Shown here: positions 1 to 13,557 of the stretch, one piece after another | Layout of the letters: the number at the start of each line of letters is the position of its first letter | Numbering within the stretch: the stretch's first letter is position 1 | Origin: Basidiobolus meristosporus CBS 931.73 | Lineage: Eukaryota > Fungi > Basidiobolomycota | Direction: 5' to 3' | Assembly: GCA_002104905.1 (NCBI GenBank) | Contig: MCFE01000065.1 | Coordinates: 127,031-191,030, forward strand | DNA: 64,000 bases | Made by a program: the position numbers and the translations under genes | Notes under the pieces: model-generated | Databases searched by the model: none | What the model was told of the DNA's origin: nothing | The model's input: only the letters and a program-made list of their open reading frames with translations

Positions 1-1361
1 TTAATAGAAATATGACGCAAGCAAAGTTTTCAAATCATTCAACCACTCTAAACCCATTGTAGTAATCTTTTTGGCATGGTGGCTTCACAGCGCTTAACCA
101 GTTATTGTTTATTTCATATACTTAAGACGATATGAATGGCATTGAATAAACCCCTTGACCATGAAGCTATCCACCCGCAACGGGATTTTTGTAAAGAAAG
201 TGGGGTTGGTACCATCACAAATCAGCTGACCCAAGCCAGCTATTCGGATGTTTGCGAAGTTCGCCTCATGGCCTGTGATGCCGCGAGAACGGTGGCTGAT
301 CAGTGGAACGTGAAGGAAGCCCTTGCTGGCGGATTTAGATACTAAAATCTCAAGGTATTTGGTCAGGTGCATTCCGCTTGGTCGTCGCATTGCTTGTTTA
401 GTGGGTCAATTCTACCCAACTTGCCATTGGGAGAACCGACCCATATCGGGATTGTCTAGTTGGTGAGCGAATGTTGTATTATTTAACCTCCACACGACAG
501 CACCCTCCTCTAGATCATGTCACAGGCAGCACGCAATCTATTGCCGATATGAAGGATGTGCTTAAATGGAAACGAGGATAGACTGTTTTTAGGTGGCTAA
601 GCAACCGTGGAGCATGGAATGATTGCTTCGGTTTGAGCCACTCGAATTAATCTATCTTCATTGCTGAATTGACTGGTAGCCATGGAATGATTATCCCAAA
701 CAGTTGAGTTTTGTCGTCACCATTTCCGAACAGTCTTTCTGACCGCATCCAACTCCGAAAAAGCTTAGCCCTCACTCATCTGGATTCTACGGCGGACCAG
801 TCGACGGGTTTCGGACACCCCTGCACTCACGATGGTAATGGAAATGGCGATGCTGATGTCAAATCCTCCTCACCCTCCTTCTTCACCCGCTCCCCTTCGG
901 CCCTCATCGGACTTAATATTTTTAGCCCAACTGATCGGACCGGATTATGGCTTCGGGTACGATCCACTCCCGCTGGCATCGTGGGACTGGTAAAAGGTAA
1001 AATCTAAATAGAATTTCTTTCTTGATTCGACCAATTCGGCAGCACCGAATCTAGAGTCAGGTGTGACATGATCTTATGACTACGAGCTGATTTCGTTGCA
1101 TTCCTCATTATCCATAGCGGCTTGCGATGTGAGCTGTCTGGGGACCAAGCCTGGAAGGGATACTGGGATGGCAGCAAATCACATGCAAGATGATGGGTTG
1201 TTTTCTCTGAAATTTGAGAATGCGAGTGGCCTTTTATGGAAAATGTACAAATTCGTGGTGGGTTATCAAGGAAAGAAAATGAAAACATTGCTGTTGGATG
1301 TGTATGAATACTGCCCGTAAATCAAGGGCCGGCTAGTTAATGTGTGGGAAGGAAGTAAGGC

Positions 1362-2439
1362 TTAGGTCATGACTGAGAGACATTGGACCGGCCCAAAGGT
1401 CGGTGGGTGGGTGGAAAGGTACTCTTCGTAGGATGGAGGTGAAGGGAGGGCGTTGTAATCCGGCAATTCTTCAACCACGCCCTGGACCTCGGGGACGATG
1501 ACAACTGGCAAGTCAATGTGAACATTCTCCAGCTTACCTCGCCAATCGACATCCACGCGAATGTGCAGTCGGTGGGTCACCTCAATGTATTTGTTCCGGC
1601 TATCGAACGTCTTGGTCATGGAGGGGATCTTTACGTTGATGACCCGCTGCCCCTCCCCCATGTGGTCTTCCTGACACCAGGTGAATGTCGCATCAAGTGG
1701 CTTCTCGTATTCACGAAGGATTGTATTGTGATCGCCTGGAGAGTAGTATACAATGCGCTCTTTAAGAATACATGCAGTGAGCAGCACTCTTATAGTGTCG
1801 CTGAGGACACGATGTTGGAATCTCAAGGGAAACTCATCCCCTGGGGCTACCTCAGCGGTGGGGATGCAAAGGTAGTAGGACACAGCCTCTCTCCACACAT
1901 CAGCTGCCTCTGTGATATACCGCTCACTAAGTAAAGCTGAGGTGTGGCGCCTCAGGTAGATTTGCTTCTCGGCTTTCAGGTTCGAATACATGATAGAAGT
2001 GTCGGCATAAGCTTTGAATTTATACTGTATGGAGCCGTACTCCGCTTTGACAGTTTCTGGAAGATCTCCGGGAAGGAACAGGGTGAAGTCCAGCTGGACT
2101 GGCTTACCACCCTCAAAGGTTTGGCCGCGCTCGTGACTTAGGAAACTCCATTCCCGCTGGAAAAATATCTCTTCGCTTCGACGAAAGTCTAAGGAAATAT
2201 CAATAATATTAGTTACAATCCAGGAACATGCTTTCAACACCTGAGCGGTGTGAGAACTCACCTGTGGCTGTGGAGACTGTGTGCTTGCCCTCGAACTTCA
2301 GGTATAGCCTTTTGATTTTGATGTTGGAGATAGGGACCAGGCTCAAGTGTCCTTTGATGGTGCAACCAATGGAGCTATCGAAGCCCTTGTAAAAAGTATC
2401 CTCTCTAAGGACGACATCGAACTGCACTTTTCTGGACAT
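1362..2439 (-). CDS. Alpha-arrestin-like protein (arrestin N and C folds, C-terminal PPxY motifs), 2 exons
   Basis: Exon 1 MSRKVQFDVVL...IKGHLSL...KRLYLKFEGK; GTGAGT..TAG intron 2261-2189; exon 2 has the typical FTLFLPGDLPETVKAEYGSIQYKFKA and EVTHRLHIRV segments and ends with LPDY/PPSY motifs. Confidence 0.85.
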
Positions 2440-4095
2440 CGCAATGGACAATTAGAAGTACAATGAACTGGAGGAATCAATTAGTCAGTGATAGTGACTC
2501 TCAACTAACATCCCCATATCCCTACACACGCATTTATATGAATGACTGTACCTTAGTCCATCAAAAGGCGTCACTGCTCTCCAAATACGGCAAGGACCGG
2601 ATGGGAATATTCATTGGTAAGCACGATGAATGAGTAATCGATCCAGAATCCATCTAATCTTGGATATAGGATCATCCAAGACCAGCACCTGTTTAAACTA
2701 ATAAAGCACAGCCGATTTTATTCCGTTCGGCCGTCATGAAGCTGTCATGCCTTCAGCGTCAAGATCCCGGCTATGCTTCGCCATGTGTCTGAATCTCGTC
2801 AACCCGAAAATCCACCTATCAGGAGCAGCGTTGATATCCAAAAGCGAATCACCATTGCTGAACATCCGTGTCACACCCACAAAATCAGGGAGAGGCCCTC
2901 ACACCCCAAGCGTTGCCTAACCCATATGGGCCGCTCTCGTGGCAGTGGATTTATACGTGCATTTAATGCACCAATTTCTCCTAAAAATGGTAAATTCCTT
3001 TTGCAAGCGAGCCACCATATTATATATATTAGCCGAGGTCACAAATCGTTGTGGGAGCAGTGAGCATTCGGGTATCCTGTTTCGAGCCTCCTCTGCGAGA
3101 TCATAGCTTATTATACGCTGGCCTTGCGCATGCGAACATGCTAATAAAAAAACCGGATTGAAAACATGTTGAGGGCTGTCGAGAGCGAAGTCACACATAT
3201 TGAAGGGTGGCCCATGAGAGGTCATTGGAGAGCAAGGGGAAAGGGGGTCAAAGAGACGGCGAGCATAGGCAGCAGTGGGCGAACTCTGTGCCAGGTGAGC
3301 CTCATCTGTCGCTACGAAGGAGGCTCCTCCTTAGCTTCGAGCCGTCTCAGACTACGGAGCAGCCAGTGGAGCATCGCACTTATCGAGGCCACCATCCTCC
3401 CCCGGCAGCAGATTCCAGCTGTCACCAGAACTTCAGACTTCGATTGGGAGGTAGTTCACACAGGATACTGCACTACTGGGTTTGGAGCAGGCTCCTGTGC
3501 GGTCAGATAGCCTTGTTTGCACACTAAACCGGATCAATCACCATTGCTAAATTTCTCCTGTCACAAAGGAGATCCTGATTGGATCACATCCTAAAGGAAA
3601 ACCATGATGTAAACAAACAGCCATCATTCAAGTCCAGCGATGCCCCTCGCCACAAAACTATCGATATCCTGAAGAGAGCTGACACTTGATGTGGTCATTG
3701 CAGAACACAATCTCAGACTTGCCCTTTACATATCAACATTCACATGGCTGAGATGTTGCCTCAGACAGGGCCAAGGAACGGAATACCGAAGAATTAGTTC
3801 GTCACCAGGCCAATCAGAGAGTCGGTGGTTAGGAATCCATGCTTTTGGCCAGAAAAGTAGGTACAATTGGCATTTCCTCATCACCATCCAGCATGCAACC
3901 CTACACGATCCCATTATCGATTTAGTGATTCCGAGTTGGTCATGGTGTGCAGCGAGCAAAATTACCGGTTCCTTTTTTTTCACTCCAAATATATAAGTAT
4001 TCGCTATAGGAAAGTTGAGTCCCCGCTTTGATTTCTCTCCAACTGTCCCAGATTGCGACCCCCCCCCTTCGACTTTGTAGACGTGCTTGTTACCC

Positions 4096-4589
4096 ATGGC
4101 TGCCAAACCAAAATCCACAAAGAGCTCCACCTCCAGCAAGAGTAAGAGTAGGGGAAAAGATAAGGAAAAGGATGAGAAGAAGCTTCTGTCCCCCAAGAAG
4201 AGCGATCAAACCCTACAAGGGGAAGCCCTTCCTAAAGTAACCTACACCCGTCCCCAAACCTTTGTTTACATTCCCCACTAAACCTTTGTACCCAACAGCT
4301 GAACTTTGACACCCTCAACATGAATGTTCTCCGCAAATATAGACGCGTATTCAAGGTGAATGTGAAATCACGCTCCAATCGGCCGGAATTGGTTGCAGCA
4401 GTTTCCAAGCACTTCGCCAGCCAGACAGTCAACGAGCACGAGACCATCTCTCTGTTCCTATATAGCGTCCACAACAAAGGTCAGTTTCCCTTTCCAACCG
4501 CCTCTGCCTTCTCTCTATCAGTACTAAACCCCTTTGTAGATAAAATCTTGAAGCTGCCACCAAGTGCCATTCCTTCGGAACAACCCTGA
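4096..4589 (+). CDS. SAP30-like Sin3-binding domain protein, 3 exons
   Basis: Lys/Ser-rich N-terminus, then DFDTLNMNVLRKYRRVFKV...RPELVAAVSKHFASQTVNEHETISLFLYSV, matching the SAP30 Sin3-binding pattern; GT-AG introns at about 4238-4298 and 4480-4538. Confidence 0.8.
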
Positions 4590-6208
4590 AGATGTAATCG
4601 TCCAAGGTTATGTACAAACTCAGCCCAAACCACAGGATATGCCGCACGGCTGCCATTTTATTGTATATACGGCCATAGATAAGGGTTTGTGCCGCACATA
4701 TCCGTGTCAAGATAACTTGGCCACCCTCACCTCTAGCCCCTAGTCACTTGCAACTACTCTCCAATCGTATTATTTATATAAAAACCCCTTTAATGTCTAA
4801 AGTCAGAGTGCTCCGTTCTTTCAGAGTTGATCGACAGTTGTCGGATGTAGCGACTTGAAAGGCCCATCTGGACGAGTGTCGGCAATTGCACAAATTGCAA
4901 TTCACTTTCATCGCAAGTTAAATGGCGGGAAATGGTGGTGCTGGATCATACTACCTGTTTTAACTAACCCATTTGCCCTGTGAAGCCATTGAGTAACCAT
5001 GCACAGATGGATACACCCACCCTATCTCAATTACAATTGTCCCATTCTTAATCGAATCTTTATTTCAACATCGTCATCGCTGCTGCAGCCCACAATCAAT
5101 CGACCACGACAACGGCCATTTTCCCGGGTATACTATTTCCCAAGGTACTGTTCATCGCAATCATGATGCGATGATTGTTATCCCAATCACCATGAAACAA
5201 ATAGATTAATTGTCTAACACCAAATTTGTAAGTCACTGAAGGGTTTGATGAGGGGTGGTTGGTGCAAAGGGCACTGAGCCAAATCGGTTGATGGGCCAAC
5301 CTAGTGCACACTGTTTTGTGACCATCAGCATTACCAGACTCATCAACATTCATCGCACATCTGAACATGACCCAAGGCCAACCCCGACCACCTGAGCAAG
5401 TAGGTTGGATGTGTGTTGATACTGCATCGAAAGCTGATCATTGAGTGCGAGCCCAGCGTCTAGGCAGGTTGCACTCTAAGGGTCTATTCATAGATGCTTG
5501 AGTTGTCAGCAAACTGGCTATGCCCTGGGGGGGGGCGTTGCTTGCAGCAGAGTAGACACAGGTTTCATCAAAACCAAAGGCTTTACACTAAATGGTGGAT
5601 TTCTCCAGGTTGGATGCGTGAATGGGCCGCTTCATGAAACACGAAGCTGTTGCGGTCTTCTCCTGATTGGTGACGCTGGGTGATGCCCAGCAGAATTATT
5701 ACGATCAGCCACATCAATTGATATGCAAATGTTATCATCAGCCTCCTCTGGCCTCATTGATCATCTAATTCACCATTGTAATCCAAATAATTGCAGTCAG
5801 ACGTGGGTAACCGCGCAATAGGTTAATTCGGTCGCCTGCTAATCCATGCTAATTTCTGCTAATAAACCACTGCGGTATATGGTGATTGCGGATCACAACG
5901 AACTGGAGACGGGGTGTGGAGTACGCTCGTAGGCGAAACCGTGAAACATTGTTCATTGCAATATAGCTAATAGGCACGCATGATGCCGGCTTTTGACGAG
6001 CATAATAGGTGATAGAGGTTGGGGTGGGAAATGCCAATTTTCCGGCACCAACCCTAATTTACTGAAATTCCCAAGTAATTTTCTTTTTTGTCAGGACCAA
6101 TCTGCGTCTACACCTTCAATTAACCATCATTTAACCAACTAGTGAGCCTCTCTCTATTGCACCGCTCCAAATTCGATCCTGTTGGCCTAATTGGCTTGAT
6201 GTCGCTCT

Positions 6209-7270
6209 GTGGTTCCTGGCGAATCCTTACTGCCTCAACCATCTAGAGGCTATTTAAGTTCTCGAGCTACGATCCGGTGTATGCTTGTTTGTGAGATGTA
6301 CATCAAAACTCCGAAAGTCGACACCGATGATTCAGAAAGAGATGGGCTTGGTTCGATGTACGACCATTCTAGAACGCATCTCCGAAAGAAGCTGAAACAG
6401 CTCAAACCGCAACTAGCACGCAGGGTGGATCTGTTGCTAAGTCCCGGCTTCGGTAACTCCAATTCGCCAGCCGTGAGCTCGTCTAAATCTTCAAAATTCC
6501 GCCGGTTCACCGACCATTTTCAGACGAAAGTTCTCCACAAGAAGACGCCGAAACGTACCATTTCGGCCCCTACTTTGGTTGTTGCTAGCTCATCTATGGA
6601 TGCCATTCCCATCCGATTCCCAGCCAGAGAGCTAGCCCTGTCGCAACGCCCGGTAAGCGATGGATGGAGGCGAGATATGTACTCACTACCCAGGTCTACA
6701 CATCACACTTATGCGTCTAGGATGCACCAGAGGAAACAAACAAGCACTCTGCTACCAAACACAACTGGCAGGCCAAAAAAAACCAAGGATGTTGAGCGTT
6801 CATTAACTCTTTCTTCTTTCAGGGAAGCTTACAGACCGGTACATTCAGTTAGTGTCGCCCGCAGAGGTAAACGAAGCCACGACTCTATCTCCTTATATTC
6901 CCGCAGTGCAACTGAAGTCGAGGACCTCCCCACGAAATCATCCCCTGTTTCAGTGAATGGCCCTAGGGGAGAATATGGAGCGACCAAAAGAGCCGTTGAA
7001 CGAGGCATCTACCCTGTTAACCCTACGCAGGAGGACAGAAAACGATACCATCAGGATGGTTCGTTTGAGTTAGAGACTCAACAAAGTTCCTACAGAAGCT
7101 CCATATACGATCTTTACAACTACGAAGATCAGGAATGCAAATGGACCTTGGCTAAGGAGAAACAAAAGGCACGTGAGGCGGATGAGTATGAAACCGATTC
7201 TATGGATGTCCAGTATACTACATTACCTATGCTCCTGGAAGAACTCCGAAAATTGAGCATCACAACGTAG
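6209..7270 (+). CDS. Hypothetical basic, low-complexity protein (true start probably an internal ATG)
   Basis: Uninterrupted 353-codon ORF, Ser/Arg/Lys-rich, no recognisable domain. Confidence 0.4.
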   Translation: MVPGESLLPQPSRGYLSSRATIRCMLVCEMYIKTPKVDTDDSERDGLGSMYDHSRTHLRKKLKQLKPQLARRVDLLLSPGFGNSNSPAVSSSKSSKFRRFTDHFQTKVLHKKTPKRTISAPTLVVASSSMDAIPIRFPARELALSQRPVSDGWRRDMYSLPRSTHHTYASRMHQRKQTSTLLPNTTGRPKKTKDVERSLTLSSFREAYRPVHSVSVARRGKRSHDSISLYSRSATEVEDLPTKSSPVSVNGPRGEYGATKRAVERGIYPVNPTQEDRKRYHQDGSFELETQQSSYRSSIYDLYNYEDQECKWTLAKEKQKAREADEYETDSMDVQYTTLPMLLEELRKLSITT

Positions 7271-7769
7271 TGCATACTGGAATGGAATGCAGGTTTCAAT
7301 GCAATCGGCGAATAAAACTCGAGCTTACTGCCAACCACCTCATTGTTCAACTGGGTAGGATGCCTAAATAAGCTTCCAACTCCCTGACAAACCATGGTTG
7401 GCTGGTCCCATTAAAAGCTTTGAAGGTAGAGAGACTGGTACACCAGCTCAATAAGAAAGTCTTTTGGAAATAACCTCCAACCTTGTAGTGTAATGGCTCT
7501 ATCATGAATCAGGGTAGCTTATTTATCAGCTGTCTTGAGCTAAATATGCTGATACCAGTGACATGGTCTTCCACTTTTGACTTGGCTTGAAGTTTACATG
7601 AATGATGAGCAGCTGTTTGATTGATTTACTGGCTACAATCAGTGGTAGTAGGTTGGGAGCAAATGATAGTCAAAATTGAGACAAGAGGCTATGAAATTGG
7701 TTATATTGTGTTTGTCACAGAAGGCCGAACCAACATCCCTTAAATTCCACTCCAAACCATCTCATTATA

Positions 7770-10363
7770 ATGACTTCAATCCTCAATTTCTCCCGATGTA
7801 AATTCCCCAAGAGACCAAGCTCTGGGACGTCTGGAAAGCAGACCCAAATAAGGGTGAACTGCTTTGATGTGATTACTTTCCCAGGGGCCAGTATCTACCA
7901 CTATGATGCCACCATAATCCCCGAGGTTCCTTCTGCACTATGTCGCCGCATATTTCAGCTGTTCGAGGATCTGAACTGCAACAGTGCCCTTGGAGGGTAC
8001 AAGCCTATCTACGATGGCCGCAAGAACATCTTCTCCCACAAGCCTCTTCCATTTGGTGATTATGGCTCTTTCATGGTATATGGCCAATGCTCATTTTTGG
8101 TTTGGTGTACGATGCTCTAACTGTATGGTTCCGACAGGTCACTCTACCTGAAGAATTAGGCAAGCTTTCCAAACGAGAGCCTCGCACTTTCACGTTGAAG
8201 CTGGTCAAGGTTGGCATTATTGTGATGGAGGAATTGGCTCAATACCTTGACGAAAAGATTGAGCTAACATCCAACTGCCAGACTGCTATCATGGCCTTGG
8301 ATATTCTTATTCGGCACCGACCCTCTATGCTGTACACCTCAGTAGGCAGCTCATTCTTCACCAGGGATGATTCAAAGCCATTGGGCGGTGGTGTTGAGGT
8401 CTGGCAGGGATTCTACCAGTCCGCTCGGCCCACGCTCAAGAAAATGATGATCAACGTGGATGTCAACGCCGCCGCATTTTACCAGGCTGGACCGCTGATC
8501 CAAGAGGTGGTGAAGATTCTCGGCTATCGAGGTGTGGAGGATCTGAAAAAAGGGCTTACACCACGTGAGCATGAGAAACTTGAGAAGGCGCTGAAGCATG
8601 TGTCAATCATGGTGGTTCATCGTGGCAGGGAGAATAGGAGGTACAAGATTCGAAGGCTGTCGTTGCGGGGATCAGATCATGAGAAGTTCTCGATAGGCGA
8701 CTCCATATCCGAAACATCCACCGTAGCCTCTTATTTCCAAAAGAGATACAACCTTCGGTTGATTTACCCGTTCCTGCCTTGCGTGGTGGCGAAAAAGAAG
8801 GAAATCATGTTTCCAATCGAGGTGTGTGAGATTGTCCCTGGCCAAAGATTCATCAGGAAACTTAACGAGAAGCAAACACAGGAAATGATTCGGTTCACTT
8901 GTCAGCCCCCGCACGTTCGCGCGAATAAGATTATTCAGGGCCTCAAAGTGCTGAACTATCGAGACAACGAGTACCTACAGCAGTTTGGAATGAAGGTCAG
9001 CAACGAAATGGCCGTAGTCAGCGCAAGGATATTGGATCCACCTACCGTCTGTTACAACGAAAATTCTAGAGAAGCCAGGCTTGTGCCCAGAGGAGGCGTG
9101 TGGAATCTACGAAATAAACGGGTTGCTTCGGGTGCAACCCTTAGCTCATGGGCCGTGGCGGTATTTGGGGCCCAGCGGGAGTTTTCGACTGGGGCAGTTC
9201 AGAAGTTTATCAAGGAATTGACCACCACGTGCCTGGATACTGGAATGAACATCACCCACCGTTCACCATCAATCACATATCTTTCGTCCTTGGTGGATGG
9301 AGCCAGCATCGAACAGGGATTGCTACAGGTGTGGTACAAAGCTGGCCAGGCGTCTAAGACTCGGCCTCAGCTCATTCTCTGCGTTCTCCCGAATACGGGT
9401 GCACAGCTGTACGGGGAGATCAAACGAATAAGTGATACGATCCTGGGTGTCACAACCCAATGCATCCAGGGAAAACACGTGTTCAAGCCGAACAAGCAGC
9501 TCTGTGCTAATGTGTGTCTAAAGATGAATGTCAAGCTGGGTGGAGTCAACTCGTATCTACTTCCTGATCAGATCCCGTTCATCTCAGACATACCCACTAT
9601 TGTCTTTGGTGCGGATGTTACCCATCCTGGCCCTGGTGAAACTACCAGGCCATCCATTGCTGCTGTTGTTGCCTCGATGGATCGAAAGGTTTCGAAATAT
9701 GCTTCCTGTGTGCGTGTTCAAGCTGCACGAACTGAAATCATCGCCGATCTCGCTGGCATGGTCAAAGAGTTGCTCCTAGCATTTTATAACACTAGTCGCC
9801 AGAAGCCAGCCCAAATACTGTTTTACAGAGATGGCGTTTCCGAAGGACAATTCGCTCACGTGCTTCACTCGGAGATTGCGGCAGTGCGCAGTGCGTGCAA
9901 ATCTTTGGAGAAGGAATACCAGCCAAAGCTCACGTTCATAGTGGTTCAAAAACGGCATCATGCGCGCTTCTTCCCGTTGGACAAATCTCAAGCCGATCGT
10001 TCGGGGAATTGCATGCCTGGCACAGTGGTAGACACAGGCATTATCCAACCTTCCGAATACAATTTTTATTTGCAAAGCCACGCAGGGATTCAAGGAACCT
10101 CACGTTCCACACATTATCACGTACTTTATGATGATAACAATTTTACGTCCGATGGCTTGCAAGAGCTAACCTATCGCCTATGCTATTTGTACGCACGATG
10201 TACAAGGTCGATTTCGATCGTTCCAGCCGCGTACTATGCGGACTTGGTTTGCACGAGGGCTAGGTATCACTACCGGGATGGTACTGATGCCAACAACGAA
10301 AATGGCTCAATCAACCACGTCGCCATCAAGTCAGCACTACAAGACGTCATGTATTTTATGTAG
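7770..10363 (+). CDS. ago: Argonaute (N, PAZ, MID, PIWI), 2 exons
   Basis: Exon 1 has PKRPSSGTSGK..RVNCF and YDGRKNIFS; intron 8076-8137; PAZ segment YFQKRYNLRLIYPFLPCV; PIWI motifs GADVTHP, YRDGVSEGQF, QKRHHARFF, GTSRSTHY, YYADLVC. Confidence 0.97.
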
Positions 10364-10780
10364 TAATTCTGTGGCTACGTAGGCCGATGGCCTTACTGCT
10401 AAGTGGCCTACGGATTTCCCCAGCATCTGCCAACCATTGTCGAGAGAGTAAGGGAACAATAGGAAGTTCAGTTGAAAATAATATCTATTTCATTAAGCCT
10501 GTTGCATTTTGAGATAAGCCTTGGATTCTATTAAAATAACAAAATTTCAATAAAATGATATAAAATATACCAACGGAGCCTTGGGCCTTCACTTCGAAAC
10601 TCCATGACGCTAAAGTTGTTAACTATCTAGATGTCTCCACACAGCAACAATAATCGAGATCAGGGATTATTTACACGCGGAATACCAATGCTTACAATTA
10701 GGGAGTAGATTATAATGGTGTATGGCAATATACAGTTGGCCGGGAAGAAGATTTTAGGTATCCGAAGCCACAGGACTTGC

Positions 10781-12016
10781 TCAGGCATCCTCAAATTCAT
10801 CCAGCTGAATATCTGGAATACTTTCGAGGTAGACGAAGATCTCGATATGATCAACCCCTCTGATGGCCTCAGCAATAAAATCGTCTGGAACAAACTCAAA
10901 ACGCTTATCCGCACTCTTCATCACGAATCGTTTACCCTCGGGAGCGGAGATCGGTATTGCATATTTCAGGACACTCTCAAATGTAGTGGTTGAAGATATT
11001 GCAATGCGATCCTTGTAGATTGTCTTGTTTGAGCGGATAGTTACCATCTTTGGTCGGTCTACTTCCATGGGGACATTAGCTCGACATACATCACAGCAAC
11101 AGCCTCGTCTCCCACTTTACCTCTGGACGGGCCTACAAAGCCTTGATTAAATCCCGAGAACTCCTCTTCGACAATGATCTCCGGTGACTCTCTTCTATTC
11201 TTTTTGATCCCTTGCGTATGGTGATACCCAGAGGGTCGGGCTGGCTTTGCTTTAGGCACGTTCGCGACGTCACTGTTGGACGGAAATGAGGACAGTGGGG
11301 CTCTAGGTGAGATATGGCTTGGCGAACTCTGGGTCTGCCTAGTAGGAAGCACCTTCTCCGGCTCGATATGTATCTCCTGATGTAGTCTGGAATTATCAGG
11401 AGCAGTGTTGACCATATTAAGACTCGAGGGCTTACTCTCGTCAAACACCACTGATATCGAAGATACGGGAGTTGAAGGTCTGGTCCCCTTCCCAACCGTA
11501 TCATTTGAGGTGACCTTGACGGACTGGCTGCTGCCCTGATACACTGGAATAAAGAAGGTCAATACAACGTTGCCAAAGTTTCCCCTGGTACAGAGGAACC
11601 TGATCCATGGACTAATGCAAACACAGCTACTTACTTTTCATCCAACGCCAGCAGGCTGAGTTACACCCTATGCAAATCTTTATTTCACTGAAACGCTCAC
11701 TCCATATCAACCTTGCTGAACGATTGGCATGAAGCCAAGTGAGGAAGTTTTGGTTGCTCGAGGAGAGACTCTTTCGACGAAAATCCACTTTATATCCTTC
11801 TTTTTTTATATTCCATTGGATTTCAGCAGGTGAACAAGTACACAGAGCGCTTCCATACTTCCCGGAACAAGTAAGGCAAATCAAACAAATCACACATATG
11901 TTGGGACGCATGGGCAACCGCTTCTGAATCATATATTGGTCATTATTCTCTATCTCTCGTATCGAAATATTTGGCTTTTCTTCCTTTATGCTGAGGCTGT
12001 CTCTCAATATGGACAT
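10781..12016 (-). CDS. Hypothetical multi-exon protein: Cys-rich N-terminus, low-complexity middle, ubiquitin/PB1-like C-terminus
   Basis: ORF 11059-11562 joins ORF 10781-11068 in frame through a GTAAAG..CTAAT..TAG intron; upstream ORF 11627-12016 has CxxC motifs, but its splice phase to the next exon is unresolved. Confidence 0.4.
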
Positions 12017-12586
12017 TGGGCTAGGTACTCCTCCTAGTAGAACCCAAGTTTTTGTGATTCACTACAAAATAGGTAGAATAATTTGTTGGAGCACCCCCAT
12101 TCAAAGATCCTATTGGACGACAGATATTTCTTTAGACAAAAAAATAAATGGACTGATCATGAATCAGTTAGTGCCATAGCCTTGTGTGATTCAGCTACAG
12201 CATGCTTGAATGGAGTGTGTTCCCCATGTAGCTATCAAGCATCGAGGTCCAAAGTATCTTAGCACACGGGTGCAATATGGCAGGCTTTTCTCATGAGCCC
12301 GATCGATGTTCTCAATGCTGGTGAGGCCTACAGTTTCGGAATCATATTATTTCTCGGAGCATTCATCCATAGATGCGATTGAGATTTATTAGAGATGTGA
12401 AGTTGGGGCCCAGCAATACGAGAACAAACTAGGGTTTATCGTGACACTAACTTCATTACTATGTCTTCGTTGTTGCCGTATTCTCCAGCGTGGTGACCAC
12501 TTTGCCCTCCATGTCTTTCCGTGTACATATACATGATTATTTTAGATTGATGCAGATCCTGGCTCATTCAAGGGGTGAACAAGAGA

Positions 12587-12934
12587 TTACTCGCGGGAGT
12601 TGTCCAGCACGCCGAAATACAACAATACCAAGTCCTCGTTGCCGGTATTTCGAATCTCGTGCTTCTCTTTAGGCCGGACGGTCACAGAGCTCCCTGGACT
12701 CAGGGGGATCAGCGTGCTATCTACCTCCATCTCCGCCACGCCACTCTGCACAAAGAAAACCTCAGACATGTCCTGATGACAATGCATGGAAGAGATCTGC
12801 CCCGGCTTCAGAATGGCTTGGGCGAATTGAGTGATGTTGGGGAGATCTCCATTTTTCAACAACACCCGTTTGGAAACATCGGGGTCGTGGGAGACGGATG
12901 AGTTCTCGAGCGACTCCAAATGAGAGACTATCAT
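12587..12934 (-). CDS. Small cupin-domain protein of bacterial type, intronless
   Basis: MIVSHLESL..VSHDP..KRVLL..GDLPNITQFAQA..PGQ..HCHQDMSEVFFVQSG...PGSSVTVRPKEKHEIRNTG: both cupin motifs (HxHxxxxE and H..N.G) are present. Confidence 0.8.
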   Translation of the reverse strand: MIVSHLESLENSSVSHDPDVSKRVLLKNGDLPNITQFAQAILKPGQISSMHCHQDMSEVFFVQSGVAEMEVDSTLIPLSPGSSVTVRPKEKHEIRNTGNEDLVLLYFGVLDNSRE

Positions 12935-13557
12935 GTTGAGCCCAGGTTGGTCAATTGACAAGGTGCCCTCTGAGGAGAAAAGATTGTCCCAGGAGATTTC
13001 TTTCAATTTATTCTCAACTCGGGTCGGCCTGGTGGTGGTTCAAATTTGGAAGGGTCGAGAGTCTGCAAGATTTACAGCAGATCAGCTCAGATCAGCACTG
13101 GATTTTTTGGTGGCAGCAACGATATGTTAAATTTAGAAATGAGCTTCGGCAGCATTGGTGGGTGGGCTACATGAATCCACCGCAGAGATCAATCTCGTTT
13201 TCGCCAACGAACAGGTCAATAAAGCGGTATGTCACCTCACCGTGCAATATGCTTGCATCCAAATGGATTTCTATTGATAATGTTTGGGAAGCAGTTACAC
13301 AAATAAGAGCGGTGAGGAGGAGGCCCCTTGGGCTACTGATCCCAGGCACAGGTAGTGGTATTTAGACAAACGCGAGATAAATGAAGTTACCAAGGAATAA
13401 TGGCGGAATGGAGCCTAAAGTGCGGGCTATTATTACATGTCTCCATGGCACAAAAATAGGCAGGGTGGAAATTTACGAAGTGATAAAAATACGCTTTGTG
13501 TTGTGATGAATTTAGTAGGTGCAGATCACAGCGGATCCCTTGTCCTACAAAGGCTAT

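Noticed and set aside
109-1007. Short ORFs on both strands at the window start
   Set aside because: No consistent exon chain or recognisable domain could be built; a gene may exist but is unsupported here.
3062-3090. Sequence reminiscent of the 5.8S rRNA 3' end
   Set aside because: Short imperfect match with no surrounding rDNA context.
13140-13160. GCTTCGGCAGCA (and TTCGGCAGCAC near 1035) matching the U6 snRNA 5' stem
   Set aside because: Only 11-12 nt match; the ACAGAGA box and the rest of U6 are missing.
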